NCBI GenBank assembly: GCA_016182495.1
Contig: JACPGK010000032.1
Span: 23,917 to 87,916 of the forward strand
DNA from: Candidatus Kerfeldbacteria bacterium
GTDB lineage: Bacteria > Patescibacteriota > Patescibacteriia > UBA9570
DNA: 64,000 nt
Direction: 5' to 3'
Positions 1-9,322 of this stretch are shown piece by piece (position 1 is the first letter of the stretch; every line of letters begins with the position of its first letter). A model generated the notes under the pieces. The model saw only the letters and a program-made list of their open reading frames with translations, did not search any database and was not told the origin of the DNA. The translations under genes and the position numbers were made by a program.

Positions 1-2
1 CA

Positions 3-515
3 TTCATTGCCAATGATAGTTCGCCCGCTCGACGGCAACGTTTACGCCAGGTGCTGAATGATTACGGTTTTTCCGATACTACGGTCAGCGGAAAAAAAGC
101 TGAAATTATCTATCAACGTCAACCAAATTATTTCGATAAAATTTTATTGGATGCTCCGTGCAGTTCAGAACGTCATGTTTATAACAGCCCAAATCATTTA
201 CAGTTATGGTCGCCCAATCGAGTGCGATCATTACAACAACGTCAGTTGGCGCTACTGGGCGGATTACTGTTAGCCCTCAAACCAGGTGGCCGATTAGTAT
301 ACTCTACCTGCGCCTTAACGCCTGAAGAAAATGAACTGGTAGTGCAAAAATTTTTGGATAAACGCGGCGCCATGATCACACTACGCTCTTTTGCAGACTG
401 CGTTAGCTTACCTGTGCCGGGTGAACCCAGCCAATTGCTACCTGCTACCTGGCGGATATTTCCTCATCGGCATCAGCTTGACCCGATGTTTATAGCGGTA
501 TTCGAAAAAAAATAA
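3..515 (+). CDS. RsmB/NOP2-family RNA m5C methyltransferase, C-terminal part (5' end outside window)
   Basis: Frame is open from position 3 (FIANDSSPARRQRL...). Motifs ILLDAPCS, GGRLVYSTC and EENE are present. Confidence 0.88.
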   Translation, partial: FIANDSSPARRQRLRQVLNDYGFSDTTVSGKKAEIIYQRQPNYFDKILLDAPCSSERHVYNSPNHLQLWSPNRVRSLQQRQLALLGGLLLALKPGGRLVYSTCALTPEENELVVQKFLDKRGAMITLRSFADCVSLPVPGEPSQLLPATWRIFPHRHQLDPMFIAVFEKK

Positions 516-519
516 TTAT

Positions 520-1065
520 TTATTTCGCCCATTTCTCCGGATTCTCCCAAATATACCGCCGGACCATTTGTAATTCCCGTGGGGTACGAATAATCCGTTC
601 ATAAAACCGGGGTTGCCATTGAAATTGTGGATATCCAATGGATCGAATCCGTTTGGTACATATTGATTTGAATTGATTGATGATGGATCCTAATGTATTG
701 GGTTGCCACCGATGTGTTGTAGAGACGCCCCGCCGGGGCGTCTCTACCCCATGACCGTACGGATGGAATATACCTGGTATATGGTGATGATCACCAATCA
801 CCAGAATGCCATGAAAATGATCCGGCATAATTATCCAGGCATCCAATGTAATATTGGATCGAATAATAGGTGTACGCAACCATTCATCCAATACAATCAT
901 CCCCATATCCGATAATTGTACGATACCATCAATAATATTCCCAAAATATCGACGGTGACGCTGACGGGTACAGAGAGTGACAAAATACCAGCCAGGGGAG
1001 GCATAATTCCAATAAGGTAGACGAATGGATGCAATGCGATAACGATTGGCAAACCGGGTGACCAT
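520..1065 (-). mobile_element. REP-associated tyrosine transposase (RAYT, IS200-like Y1 HUH family)
   Basis: YFVTLCT, HUH motif MPDHFHGI, LGSIINQFKS, WQPRFYERIIR, catalytic Tyr in RRYIWENP. ATG at 1065. Confidence 0.88.
719..747. repeat. GTAG-type REP-like perfect palindrome inside the RAYT gene
   Basis: GTAGAGACGCCCCG-C-CGGGGCGTCTCTAC with 14-bp perfect arms; encodes VETPRRGVST. Confidence 0.85.
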
Positions 1066-1133
1066 ATACAAAAACGCTCTCCGTGTTGCAGACAGCGCTC
1101 ATTTGAGTAGAATGGTAGCATAAAATAAAATCA

Positions 1134-1162
1134 TTGACAAGTTCCGTGATTGCCCGTATAGT
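1134..1162 (+). promoter_or_regulatory. sigma70 promoter of typA
   Basis: TTGACA (1134-1139), 17-nt spacer, TATAGT (1157-1162); ATG at 1176. Confidence 0.8.
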
Positions 1163-1175
1163 ACGCGCGATCTCT

Positions 1176-2990
1176 ATGAATCAAATTCGGAACGTCGCCA
1201 TTATTGCACACGTTGACCATGGTAAAACTACCTTGGTGGATGCTTTATTGCGTCAATCAAAAACCCACCTGGGTAAAGAATTAGCCGACTCCGATTTAAT
1301 CATGGATAGCAACGAGCTTGAACGTGAACGCGGTATTACCATTTTTTCAAAAAATGCCGCCATTCAATGGGGCGATACCAAAATTAATATCATTGATACC
1401 CCTGGTCATGCCGATTTTGGTGGCGAAGTAGAACGAGTGCTCACTATGGCCGATGGCTGCTTATTGTTAGTGGACGCCAAAGAAGGCCCCATGCCGCAAA
1501 CTCGGTTTGTGTTAAAAAAAGCTTTGGCCATGAAGCTAAAAACCATTGTAGTGATTAATAAAATTGATAAAGCCGATGCCCGCTGTAACGTAGTGCTCAA
1601 TAAAACCTTTGATTTGTTTATTGAATTAGGGGCCGATGATGCGGCTGCTGATTTTCCAGTCATTTACGCCTCGGCCAAACAAGGCAAAGCTGGCCTGGAA
1701 GCCAACTTAAACACGATGCAAAATATCACACCAATTTTTGAAGCGATCATCCAACATGTTCCAGCCCCAACTGGTGATGCCAGTCAACCTTTGCAATTAC
1801 TAGCCAGCAATATTACAGCTGATAATTTTAAGGGACGGGTAGCTACTGGGAGAATTTATAATGGTACTATTCAAGCTGGACAAACCGTTACTCATATTAA
1901 TCGACAAGGTGTTCAAAAAAACTATCGCTTAGTTTCGCTAATGACATTCCATGGTTTGCAACGCATTGAAGCCGATCAAGCCAGCGCCGGCGATATTGTA
2001 GCCGTAGCTGGTATCCCTGATATTACCATTGGCGAAACCTTGGCCGATGCGCAGCATCCACAAGCCTTACCGTTGTTAAGCATTGAAGAGCCAACTGTCA
2101 AAATGACCTTTACCGTCAATAATTCACCGTTGGCTGGTAAGGAAGGCGATTTTAGCACATCACGACAAATTCGCGAACGCTTATACAAAGAATTAGAAAC
2201 CGATATGGCCTTACGGGTTGAAGATGATCTCAATGGAGATTGGACAGTATCTGGTCGAGGCGAACTGCATCTAGCTATTTTGATTGAACGAATGCGGCGA
2301 GAGGGATATGAATTTCAGGTATCACGCCCGAAAGTAATCACTCGAATAATTGACGGTAAAACGTTAACACCATATGAACGCGTCTACATTGAAGTACCAG
2401 AAGAACACTCCGGCGTAGTGATTCAAAAATTAGGGAGCCGCCATGGTACCATGCAAGATATGACCAGCGATAATGGCCTGGTGTTTCTTGAATTTGTTAT
2501 TCCAACCCTAGGCCTGTTTGGTTACCGCAGTGAATTTTTAACCGATACCCGTGGTTTGGGCATTATCAACACCATGTTTCATGACTATTTACCTGATCCT
2601 GGCAATTGGCCCGATCGCGATCAAGGCTCATTGGTAGCCCATGAAAGTGGCACCACCAACATGTATGGCTTACTGAATGTGCAAGATCGCGGCGTGCTGT
2701 TTATTGGTCCAGCGGTGACGGTATATAAAGGTCAAGTGGTTGGTCAACATTCTCGACCCAACGATTTAAGCGTTAATGTATGTAAAACCAAACAGCTATC
2801 CAACATGCGTTCAAAGGGTGACGGTACTAGCGAACATTTTAAAAGTCCACGCCTGATGGGATTAGAAGATGCTTTAGAATACATTGGTGATGATGAATTG
2901 GTTGAAGTAACTCCAAAAAATATTCGGATTCGTAAAATGGTATTGGATAAAGTGGATGAGCGGCGCAAACAACTGGGTATTACATCATAG
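1176..2990 (+). CDS. typA: Translational GTPase TypA/BipA
   Basis: IRNVAIIAHVDHGKTT, ERERGITI, DTPGHADFGGEVER, GRGELHL, DDELVEVTP. ATG 1176 is preferred over TTG 1134, which is the -35 box. Confidence 0.97.
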   Translation: MNQIRNVAIIAHVDHGKTTLVDALLRQSKTHLGKELADSDLIMDSNELERERGITIFSKNAAIQWGDTKINIIDTPGHADFGGEVERVLTMADGCLLLVDAKEGPMPQTRFVLKKALAMKLKTIVVINKIDKADARCNVVLNKTFDLFIELGADDAAADFPVIYASAKQGKAGLEANLNTMQNITPIFEAIIQHVPAPTGDASQPLQLLASNITADNFKGRVATGRIYNGTIQAGQTVTHINRQGVQKNYRLVSLMTFHGLQRIEADQASAGDIVAVAGIPDITIGETLADAQHPQALPLLSIEEPTVKMTFTVNNSPLAGKEGDFSTSRQIRERLYKELETDMALRVEDDLNGDWTVSGRGELHLAILIERMRREGYEFQVSRPKVITRIIDGKTLTPYERVYIEVPEEHSGVVIQKLGSRHGTMQDMTSDNGLVFLEFVIPTLGLFGYRSEFLTDTRGLGIINTMFHDYLPDPGNWPDRDQGSLVAHESGTTNMYGLLNVQDRGVLFIGPAVTVYKGQVVGQHSRPNDLSVNVCKTKQLSNMRSKGDGTSEHFKSPRLMGLEDALEYIGDDELVEVTPKNIRIRKMVLDKVDERRKQLGITS

Positions 2991-4248
2991 ACCATAACAA
3001 CCACAAACCCGAGGCCGTCATCACAATTAATAACGCGGTACCCAGCAGGTTCGATAGCCAGTTGTTACGATAGCGCTGCATGATAGTTTTGTTATTGGCA
3101 ATCAACAGAATAATCAAAATCAGTGGTGGCGCACATAACCCATTGAGAATGGCCGTATAATACAACATGGTAAATGGTGGTATACCGCTAAAATTAACCG
3201 CGATGCCAATAATCGTGGCTACGGCAATAGTGCCGTAAAATCCATGAGCCTGATGAAACGATCGGTATAACCCTTCGCGCCAACCCATGATTTCCGATAC
3301 CGCGTACGACATTGAGCCAGCTAATACTGGAATTGCTAGCAAGCCAGTACCAAGAATGCCTAAAGCAAACAACCAATACGTAGCTGGTCCAGCCAGGGGG
3401 CGTAACGCTTCGGCCGCTTCGGCAGCAGTGGTAATAGTAATAATACCGTGTTCCCCCAACGTGGCCGCACTGGTCAGCATGATAAAAAACATTATTACAT
3501 TGGAAAATAACATACCAATCATGGTATCAAGACGCATCGATTGAATATCAGCTCCGGCTACCCGTGGTTTAGTAGTATTCATATTGCGTAGCTTGTGGTT
3601 GGCTACAGCTTCTTCTACTTCTTCGCTGGTTTGCCAAAAAAATAAATAGGGCGAAAAGGTGGTGCCAAATATTGCTACAATGTTCATTATAAAATCTGGC
3701 GTCAAATTAAAACTCGGCAGTACCACCGCTTGAATTACAGTGGGCCAGTGTGGCTGCACTAAAAAGGCGGTTACAATATAAGCTACCAAAGTCACCGTTA
3801 AATATTTCAAATAGCGGGCGTAGACACGATAAGATAAACCAATTTCTAATGCTACGGTTATAATCGCTATACAAAATAACCACCAAATAGCCGGCCCGCC
3901 AAACAATAATTGACTCACCGCCGCCATGGCTCCAAGATTAGCGCCAATATTAACAACATTAGCGATACTTAATAATACAACGGTACCGTAGAGAATCGGC
4001 TTAGCATAATGTTGCTTCATCACCGCCGCTAACCCTCGACCAGTCACTAGGCCAATGCGACCGCACATTTCTTGAATAGCTACCATTAATGGCCAGGTGA
4101 ATAGAGCTGTCCACAATTGTTGATAATGAAACTGGACTCCGGTTTGTGAATACGTTCCAATCCCAGATGGATCATCATCGGAAGCACCAGTGATGAAACC
4201 AGGCCCAAGCTTGTGCCGGAGCGTCTTAAGCAATGAACGAATAGTCAC
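2980..4248 (-). CDS. NRAMP-family divalent metal transporter
   Basis: LGPGFITGASDDDPSGIGTYSQTG, QEMCGRIG, GTTFSPYLFFWQ and many TM helices. Likely GTG start at 4248. Confidence 0.88.
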   Translation of the reverse strand: MTIRSLLKTLRHKLGPGFITGASDDDPSGIGTYSQTGVQFHYQQLWTALFTWPLMVAIQEMCGRIGLVTGRGLAAVMKQHYAKPILYGTVVLLSIANVVNIGANLGAMAAVSQLLFGGPAIWWLFCIAIITVALEIGLSYRVYARYLKYLTVTLVAYIVTAFLVQPHWPTVIQAVVLPSFNLTPDFIMNIVAIFGTTFSPYLFFWQTSEEVEEAVANHKLRNMNTTKPRVAGADIQSMRLDTMIGMLFSNVIMFFIMLTSAATLGEHGIITITTAAEAAEALRPLAGPATYWLFALGILGTGLLAIPVLAGSMSYAVSEIMGWREGLYRSFHQAHGFYGTIAVATIIGIAVNFSGIPPFTMLYYTAILNGLCAPPLILIILLIANNKTIMQRYRNNWLSNLLGTALLIVMTASGLWLLWSMM

Positions 4249-4352
4249 AAAAGAACACAGGTCTTTAAGGCCAAAGCATAGGCAATGCCAAGCATAAAAG
4301 CCAAAATAATAACACAAAGCAACAAACAGGTACGGATTATTTTACGAGTCAT
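4245..4352 (-). CDS. Putative 35-aa single-TM small protein upstream of NRAMP
   Basis: MTRKIIRTCLLLCVIILAFMLGIAYALALKTCVLL*. It fills the ftsX-NRAMP gap and its TGA overlaps the NRAMP GTG (GTGA). Confidence 0.55.
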   Translation of the reverse strand: MTRKIIRTCLLLCVIILAFMLGIAYALALKTCVLL

Positions 4353-4364
4353 ACGTGTAGTCAA

Positions 4365-5279
4365 TCATACTCTCAAATATCGGCCAATAGATAGCATACT
4401 ACTACCGACGGCTAATACTATTGATACCACCACTTGAAAGGCAAAAATATACCAAAAATGCTCTTGAAAAAATAAACTTAAACTAAAATTATACCCAGTG
4501 AAAAAATTATTAACATAGGGTGTGGCCGCAGCCATGGTTATCCACAACAACACCATAGCAATACTACTCGAAACTAAAGCGTACACTAGCCCTTCTAAAA
4601 TAAACGGAGCGCGCACAAACCAATTAGTCGCTCCCACTAATTTCATAATCCCCAATTCCTCACGATGCGCATAAATCGCCACCCGCACTGTATTAAACAT
4701 CATGATCACAGAAATGATTATAAAAATTAAACTCACTACTAACGCGCCTTGGTATAAACGCCGAATAATACTGGATAAGCGTTCAATCACCAATTGGTGA
4801 TCAGAAAAATTTTTATCTTGCACTAAAGTATCGTATTGTGAAGCCTCGAATTGTTGCGTAATCACAGCATAATCCTGCAAGGCGTAGGCTTGAATCACTA
4901 AACTGGCCGGTAACGGGTTATCGGTTAATTCGGCTAGGGCAGCGGCAATATTAGGATTATTGGCATGACTGGCTTTAAATTTTTCTAAGGCTTCATCACG
5001 TGATACATAACGAACGCTTTTGACTTCTGGGATACTTTGTAGCCACACTTGAGCAGTAATAACATCCTGCTCATCAACTTCGGGCTTGAAATAGATATCA
5101 ATATTAATTTTTTCTTCAACGGCTTGAACAGCTTGATCGGCTACAATGTTGAGCGTAGCCACTAAACTGGTGGTGAGTAAGGTAAGAGTCAAAATAAAAA
5201 TGGTAATAATTGATAACCATAAATTACGCCACACATTTTGGAAAGCAAATTTAGATGTACGATAAACAGTAATCAGCAT
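4365..5279 (-). CDS. ftsX: Cell division permease FtsX
   Basis: RNLWLS, YVSRDEAL, NPLPAS, NTVR..IYAHREELGIMKLVGATNWFVRAPFILEG; adjacent to ftsE. Confidence 0.93.
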   Translation of the reverse strand: MLITVYRTSKFAFQNVWRNLWLSIITIFILTLTLLTTSLVATLNIVADQAVQAVEEKINIDIYFKPEVDEQDVITAQVWLQSIPEVKSVRYVSRDEALEKFKASHANNPNIAAALAELTDNPLPASLVIQAYALQDYAVITQQFEASQYDTLVQDKNFSDHQLVIERLSSIIRRLYQGALVVSLIFIIISVIMMFNTVRVAIYAHREELGIMKLVGATNWFVRAPFILEGLVYALVSSSIAMVLLWITMAAATPYVNNFFTGYNFSLSLFFQEHFWYIFAFQVVVSIVLAVGSSMLSIGRYLRV

Positions 5280-5281
5280 AG

Positions 5282-5962
5282 TTAAATAATATATTTACCT
5301 GATTGTTGATCAGATACAATGGTGCCATCGTCAATGCTAATCACCCGTTTACGCAAACGATTAACAATATCTTTATTATGCGTTACCAACATAATAGTGG
5401 TGCCAAGGGTGTTAATTTTTAACAGCAGCTCGATAATTTCTTGAGCATTAATAGTATCAAGATTACCAGTTGGTTCATCGGCTACTAATACTTTTGGTCG
5501 ATGAACTAAAGCTCGGCCAATGGCCACGCGCTGGCGCTGCCCACCGGATAGCTGATGCGGAAATTTATCACGTTTCTCATTCAAGCCAACCACTTTTAAC
5601 ACCTGCGGTACAATTCGGTTAATGTGCCCTTGATTCACCCCACACACTTCTAAAGCAAAGGCGACATTTTCATAGACGGTTTTTTTTGGCAGCAGCTTAA
5701 AATCTTGAAACACCATCCCCACCTGCCGACGCAACACCGGAATATCAGCCGACCGAACAGCTGTAATATCCCAGCTACCAATAATCACGCGGCCTTTACT
5801 GGGCCGCTCTTCAGCAATGACCATTTTAGCTAACGTAGTTTTGCCAGTACCCGATTGGCCAACAATCGAAACAAACTCGGCTGGTCGAATATGCAACGAT
5901 AAATCTCGAGCCGCGTAAGTATTATCCGAATAAATCTTGGTTACTTTATCAAACCGAATCAT
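5282..5962 (-). CDS. ftsE: Cell division ATP-binding protein FtsE
   Basis: GQSGTGKT, LRRQVGMVFQDFKLL, LSGGQRQR, ADEPTGNLD. Confidence 0.94.
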   Translation of the reverse strand: MIRFDKVTKIYSDNTYAARDLSLHIRPAEFVSIVGQSGTGKTTLAKMVIAEERPSKGRVIIGSWDITAVRSADIPVLRRQVGMVFQDFKLLPKKTVYENVAFALEVCGVNQGHINRIVPQVLKVVGLNEKRDKFPHQLSGGQRQRVAIGRALVHRPKVLVADEPTGNLDTINAQEIIELLLKINTLGTTIMLVTHNKDIVNRLRKRVISIDDGTIVSDQQSGKYII

Positions 5963-5969
5963 GCCACCC

Positions 5970-5978
5970 AGTATAGCA
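5970..5978 (-). promoter_or_regulatory. Extended -10 promoter, leaderless geometry, ftsE
   Basis: TGC-TATACT, 7 nt before the ATG. Confidence 0.65.
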
Positions 5979-5980
5979 CA

Positions 5981-6742
5981 TTACTGAACTTGTTGTACGG
6001 TTACAGCCACTACGCCAGCTGATAAATCAGCGATTTTAGCAAAATCGTCACGAGGTAAATCTACCACTCGCCCAGGAACAAACGGTCCAGTTGATACAAC
6101 AGTGCTATCAACTGATGCTTGGGTAGAAACATTGGTCACCCGAATCACGCTACCCAGCGGAAAATCATTGCTGGCGGCACCGTGCCAATCATACCAACTG
6201 GCATACCCTGCAATCATATCGCCAGAGCTGCTGGCTGATGCCTGAAATACAGCTACAATAGCGCTGCGATGACGAATACTAGCGCGCACCACTAAATGAG
6301 CGCTATCATCTTTTGTTTTCAAGCGCTGCCAGCGTTGTTGAGCAGGGTTCCATAGTTTGATTATTTTGGTGGTTTGTATTTGATCGGCTGGATATGATAA
6401 TTCAAGCCATACTTTTTTACGCAACTGTACCGGTTGACTATGACGTAATGTATAACGATACAAATCACCCACGAGCGGTTGATCACCAACCGGATACCGC
6501 TGTGGTTGGCGAACTTGTTCAATAGTCATCCCCACTCGTTTGAGTTGGCGCCAATGTTTAAAACTGCGCCCCGGTATGCCTACGGCAAAGGTACCAGCCA
6601 AATTGCGTAACGTATACCCTTGCCGAATAGTGGCTTGATGCAACACTGTACGCGCTGTGTTAGCGTTCGCAGCCTGACTGATTCCAGGAATGACTAAACT
6701 ACTTAGACTAATGATAATGGCTATACTCAAGCCGCGACGCAT
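5981..6742 (-). CDS. Secreted protein with C-terminal RlpA-like double-psi beta-barrel domain
   Basis: Signal peptide; GYASWY, FPLGSVIRVTN, GPFVPGRVVDL..DF.KIA.L..GVV.V. Confidence 0.75.
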   Translation of the reverse strand: MRRGLSIAIIISLSSLVIPGISQAANANTARTVLHQATIRQGYTLRNLAGTFAVGIPGRSFKHWRQLKRVGMTIEQVRQPQRYPVGDQPLVGDLYRYTLRHSQPVQLRKKVWLELSYPADQIQTTKIIKLWNPAQQRWQRLKTKDDSAHLVVRASIRHRSAIVAVFQASASSSGDMIAGYASWYDWHGAASNDFPLGSVIRVTNVSTQASVDSTVVSTGPFVPGRVVDLPRDDFAKIADLSAGVVAVTVQQVQ

Positions 6743-6753
6743 AGGTGTAGAAG

Positions 6754-7173
6754 CTAGGATAAAAATGGTGAAATTTGTTCAACAATATCGTGTGGTACAA
6801 TATTGGATTTCACAAAATAGCCTTGAGCGCCAAGTTCTTCGGCTCGTTGCCGATCTTCCAAACCATCTAAATTGGTCATCACAAATACTGGTACATCTTT
6901 AAATTGTGACAAAGAGCGTAAATGCTGCAGTACCACAAAGCCACTACGCTGACTAAAATCTAAATGATCACCGGTTTTTTGAGGAATTAACAAATCCAAC
7001 AATATTACTTTAGGAAGCTGTTGTGAAGTAATGCACTCTTGAATAATGGCTTTGGCTTCCGATACAGTGGTGGCAGTCAGAATATCTTTAACAACCCGCT
7101 GTAAGGCTAAGCGATAAAGACTTAATAAACTGGGCTCGTCTTCAATCAATAAAATTCGAGATGAGCTTGACAT
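6754..7173 (-). CDS. Single-domain response regulator (REC)
   Basis: ILLIEDE, VILLDLLIP (phospho-Asp), VFVMTN, GAQGYFVKS. Confidence 0.88.
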   Translation of the reverse strand: MSSSSRILLIEDEPSLLSLYRLALQRVVKDILTATTVSEAKAIIQECITSQQLPKVILLDLLIPQKTGDHLDFSQRSGFVVLQHLRSLSQFKDVPVFVMTNLDGLEDRQRAEELGAQGYFVKSNIVPHDIVEQISPFLS

Positions 7174-7217
7174 ACGGCAATTATATTACTATGTTTATAC
7201 TCGTTCGTCAAGAGTAG

Positions 7218-7290
7218 GCCCGCGTAGCTCAATTGGTAGAGCGACGGTATCGTAAACCGTAGGTCGTCAGTTCAAACCTGACCGTGGGCT
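7218..7290 (+). tRNA. tRNA-Thr (anticodon CGT), CCA not encoded
   Basis: Acceptor GCCCGCG/CGTGGGC; D arm GCTC-AATTGGTA-GAGC; anticodon arm ACGGT-ATCGTAA-ACCGT; T arm GTCAG-TTCAAAC-CTGAC; discriminator T. Confidence 0.93.
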
Positions 7291-8276
7291 CAAAATGGTA
7301 CAGCTGTAGGCTCAACTAAAATACGCACCTGGGCTTGTTCGCGTTGTTGTTCTAGATAACTATCCAAATCAAATTTAATCAAAATATGACGGGCATGCAC
7401 CTGTTCAGGTTCGGTATCAGTGGCAGCTTTACGTTCGATCAGTTGAATCAAATGAAAACCAAATTCAGTTTGTACAATATCAGATAGTTGATTTGGCTCG
7501 GTTAAAGCAAAGGCCGCTTCTTCGAACGGTGCCACCATTTGGCCACGACTAAACCAACCCAAATCACCACCATTACTGGCCGAACCATCTTGGCTGTACT
7601 GCTCGGCTAAACTAGCAAATTGATTAGGATCAGCTTGGAGTTGCTGTTGTACATCGACCAGTTGTTGCCTAGCCGGAGCACCGTAACTATCGAACTCATT
7701 AGCCAATAAATAGTCCTGCAATTTTTGACGTAACACTAATTCTCGCACCACTTGCTGTTTAAAGTCATCAATCGTCCAACCATATAATTCTTCCAAGGTA
7801 GCTGCGATATCGGCTTCACTACCTTGAATTTGCGTAGCCACGAATTCCTGATAACTTTTATCAATTTCATCACTGGTAACAATCAAATCACGGTCGGCCG
7901 CTAACTGTTCAAGAAGAATCAATAAAATTTGACGGTCGAGTTCAGCGGTGGCGATTTCGCTTTTTTCTGGCAAAGCGCCCACTTGATCAACAAATGATGG
8001 ATCACTGGAAAACTGTTCAACTACTCGCCAAGCATCCGCCAAACTCTGCTGAAAATCTCGATAGGCAATCGACTGTTGATTAACCGTGGCAATAGGATAC
8101 GGAAACCACTGCACCATGTTAGCGGTAAATTGGTTTGATTGATTGAGTGTATAAAGGGCTGTGGCTGTATAGATAAATGGTGATACTACCAACACCAGTA
8201 GTACAATACTACCAATAATAATATACCGGCGTAAGTGATGCACTGCTTTGGTCGTTTCGGAAATAGCTTGATCCAT
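7290..8276 (-). CDS. PrsA/SurA-like parvulin peptidyl-prolyl isomerase, N-terminal TM anchor
   Basis: [50 protein letters not shown]. Confidence 0.9.
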   Translation of the reverse strand: MDQAISETTKAVHHLRRYIIIGSIVLLVLVVSPFIYTATALYTLNQSNQFTANMVQWFPYPIATVNQQSIAYRDFQQSLADAWRVVEQFSSDPSFVDQVGALPEKSEIATAELDRQILLILLEQLAADRDLIVTSDEIDKSYQEFVATQIQGSEADIAATLEELYGWTIDDFKQQVVRELVLRQKLQDYLLANEFDSYGAPARQQLVDVQQQLQADPNQFASLAEQYSQDGSASNGGDLGWFSRGQMVAPFEEAAFALTEPNQLSDIVQTEFGFHLIQLIERKAATDTEPEQVHARHILIKFDLDSYLEQQREQAQVRILVEPTAVPF

Positions 8277-8298
8277 AAAAAATGCGCTAGAAATTAGT

Positions 8299-8712
8299 TT
8301 AATGAAAAAAATACTGTTGCCATTTAATGATATTCGATTCGCTACTGGTTCCAGTTGCTACCGTAGTTGAGTCACTGACTAGTCCAGTTGATGCAGCGGT
8401 ATCAGCCTGGGGAATGACTACGACAGTTTCGCCAGCTTTTTTTAAACCGAGCTTTTGCCGAGCTTGTTTTTCTTGAAATGATGATGAATTGAAATAGGCA
8501 ATTAAATCCTCCAGGTTGGCATTGTCGCGTTCTAATGCCACAATATCATGTTCTAAACCGGCAATTTGTCGACGGACTTCAATTTGACGGATAGCCTCTT
8601 TGGCGGCAGCGATACCAACCACCACTACCGCTGTTAAGCCAATCACTGTAAAAACACGTGATCGTAAAACCACTTGAAGAGATTTAAATTTAGGAGCTGG
8701 TCGAGAACGCAT
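8299..8712 (-). CDS. Septum formation initiator, FtsB/DivIC family
   Basis: One TM helix, coiled coil, [20 protein letters not shown]. Confidence 0.82.
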   Translation of the reverse strand: MRSRPAPKFKSLQVVLRSRVFTVIGLTAVVVVGIAAAKEAIRQIEVRRQIAGLEHDIVALERDNANLEDLIAYFNSSSFQEKQARQKLGLKKAGETVVVIPQADTAASTGLVSDSTTVATGTSSESNIIKWQQYFFH

Positions 8713-9190
8713 GTTTGGCTAGTATATCACGAATTCGTTGGGGTTGATAGACATGCTGCAGCGTTATGCGATCAACGCCCGACTGTGGTGTAATAATAAT
8801 AGTGCCGTATTTAAACACGGTAGCCCATAGACCAATTTGTTCATATTGCACATCGCGTATCTGGGGCCAAAGAATTTCACTGACTGTTTTCGACCATACA
8901 CCATGTTGCCGGACATCAATCAAGCGCTGCTCGGTGAGCACTACCAAATCATTTCTCCATAGTAACCAATGACGTCCAAACCATAGCAACGTAATGCACA
9001 ATACTAGTATAAATACGATCAAACCTTTACTGCCCCACCGAGCAAACCAAGCCAATAAGAAAAAATTTCCAAAATATACTACTACCCCTAGGCTAAATTG
9101 TGGTAATTTTGTTATACTATGTTCGCGAATGACGAGCACGATAGTTTCGTCAGGCCGCAATTGATTTATTAAATGACGAGGTACTTTCAT
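8690..9190 (-). CDS. Membrane protein with bacterial PH domain (bPH_2-like)
   Basis: Two TM helices, then LTEQRLID, IRDVQYEQ.GLWATVFKYGTIII. Confidence 0.75.
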   Translation of the reverse strand: MKVPRHLINQLRPDETIVLVIREHSITKLPQFSLGVVVYFGNFFLLAWFARWGSKGLIVFILVLCITLLWFGRHWLLWRNDLVVLTEQRLIDVRQHGVWSKTVSEILWPQIRDVQYEQIGLWATVFKYGTIIITPQSGVDRITLQHVYQPQRIRDILAKHAFSTSS

Positions 9191-9322
9191 ATGGCTAAAG
9201 CCAAAATTTCTTCAAAAAAAGTGATGCGCTGGGTTTGGATAGGAGTGTGTATTATCATGCTACTAGCCATGGTTATTTTTACCGTGTTGCCTGGCCTGAA
9301 TTCTGTACAATATAGCATTTAA
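9191..9322 (+). CDS. Putative 43-aa single-TM small protein (DUF4044-like appearance)
   Basis: MAKAKISSKKVMRWVWIGVCIIMLLAMVIFTVLPGLNSVQYSI*. Basic N-terminus plus TM helix; exactly fills the intergenic gap. Confidence 0.6.
   Translation: MAKAKISSKKVMRWVWIGVCIIMLLAMVIFTVLPGLNSVQYSI

Noticed and set aside
4249-4364. Mn-sensing riboswitch upstream of NRAMP
   Set aside because: No yybP-ykoY consensus recognised; the gap is better explained by the small ORF.
4538-4546. TTATCCACA DnaA-box match
   Set aside because: Single copy inside ftsX; no cluster or unwinding element.
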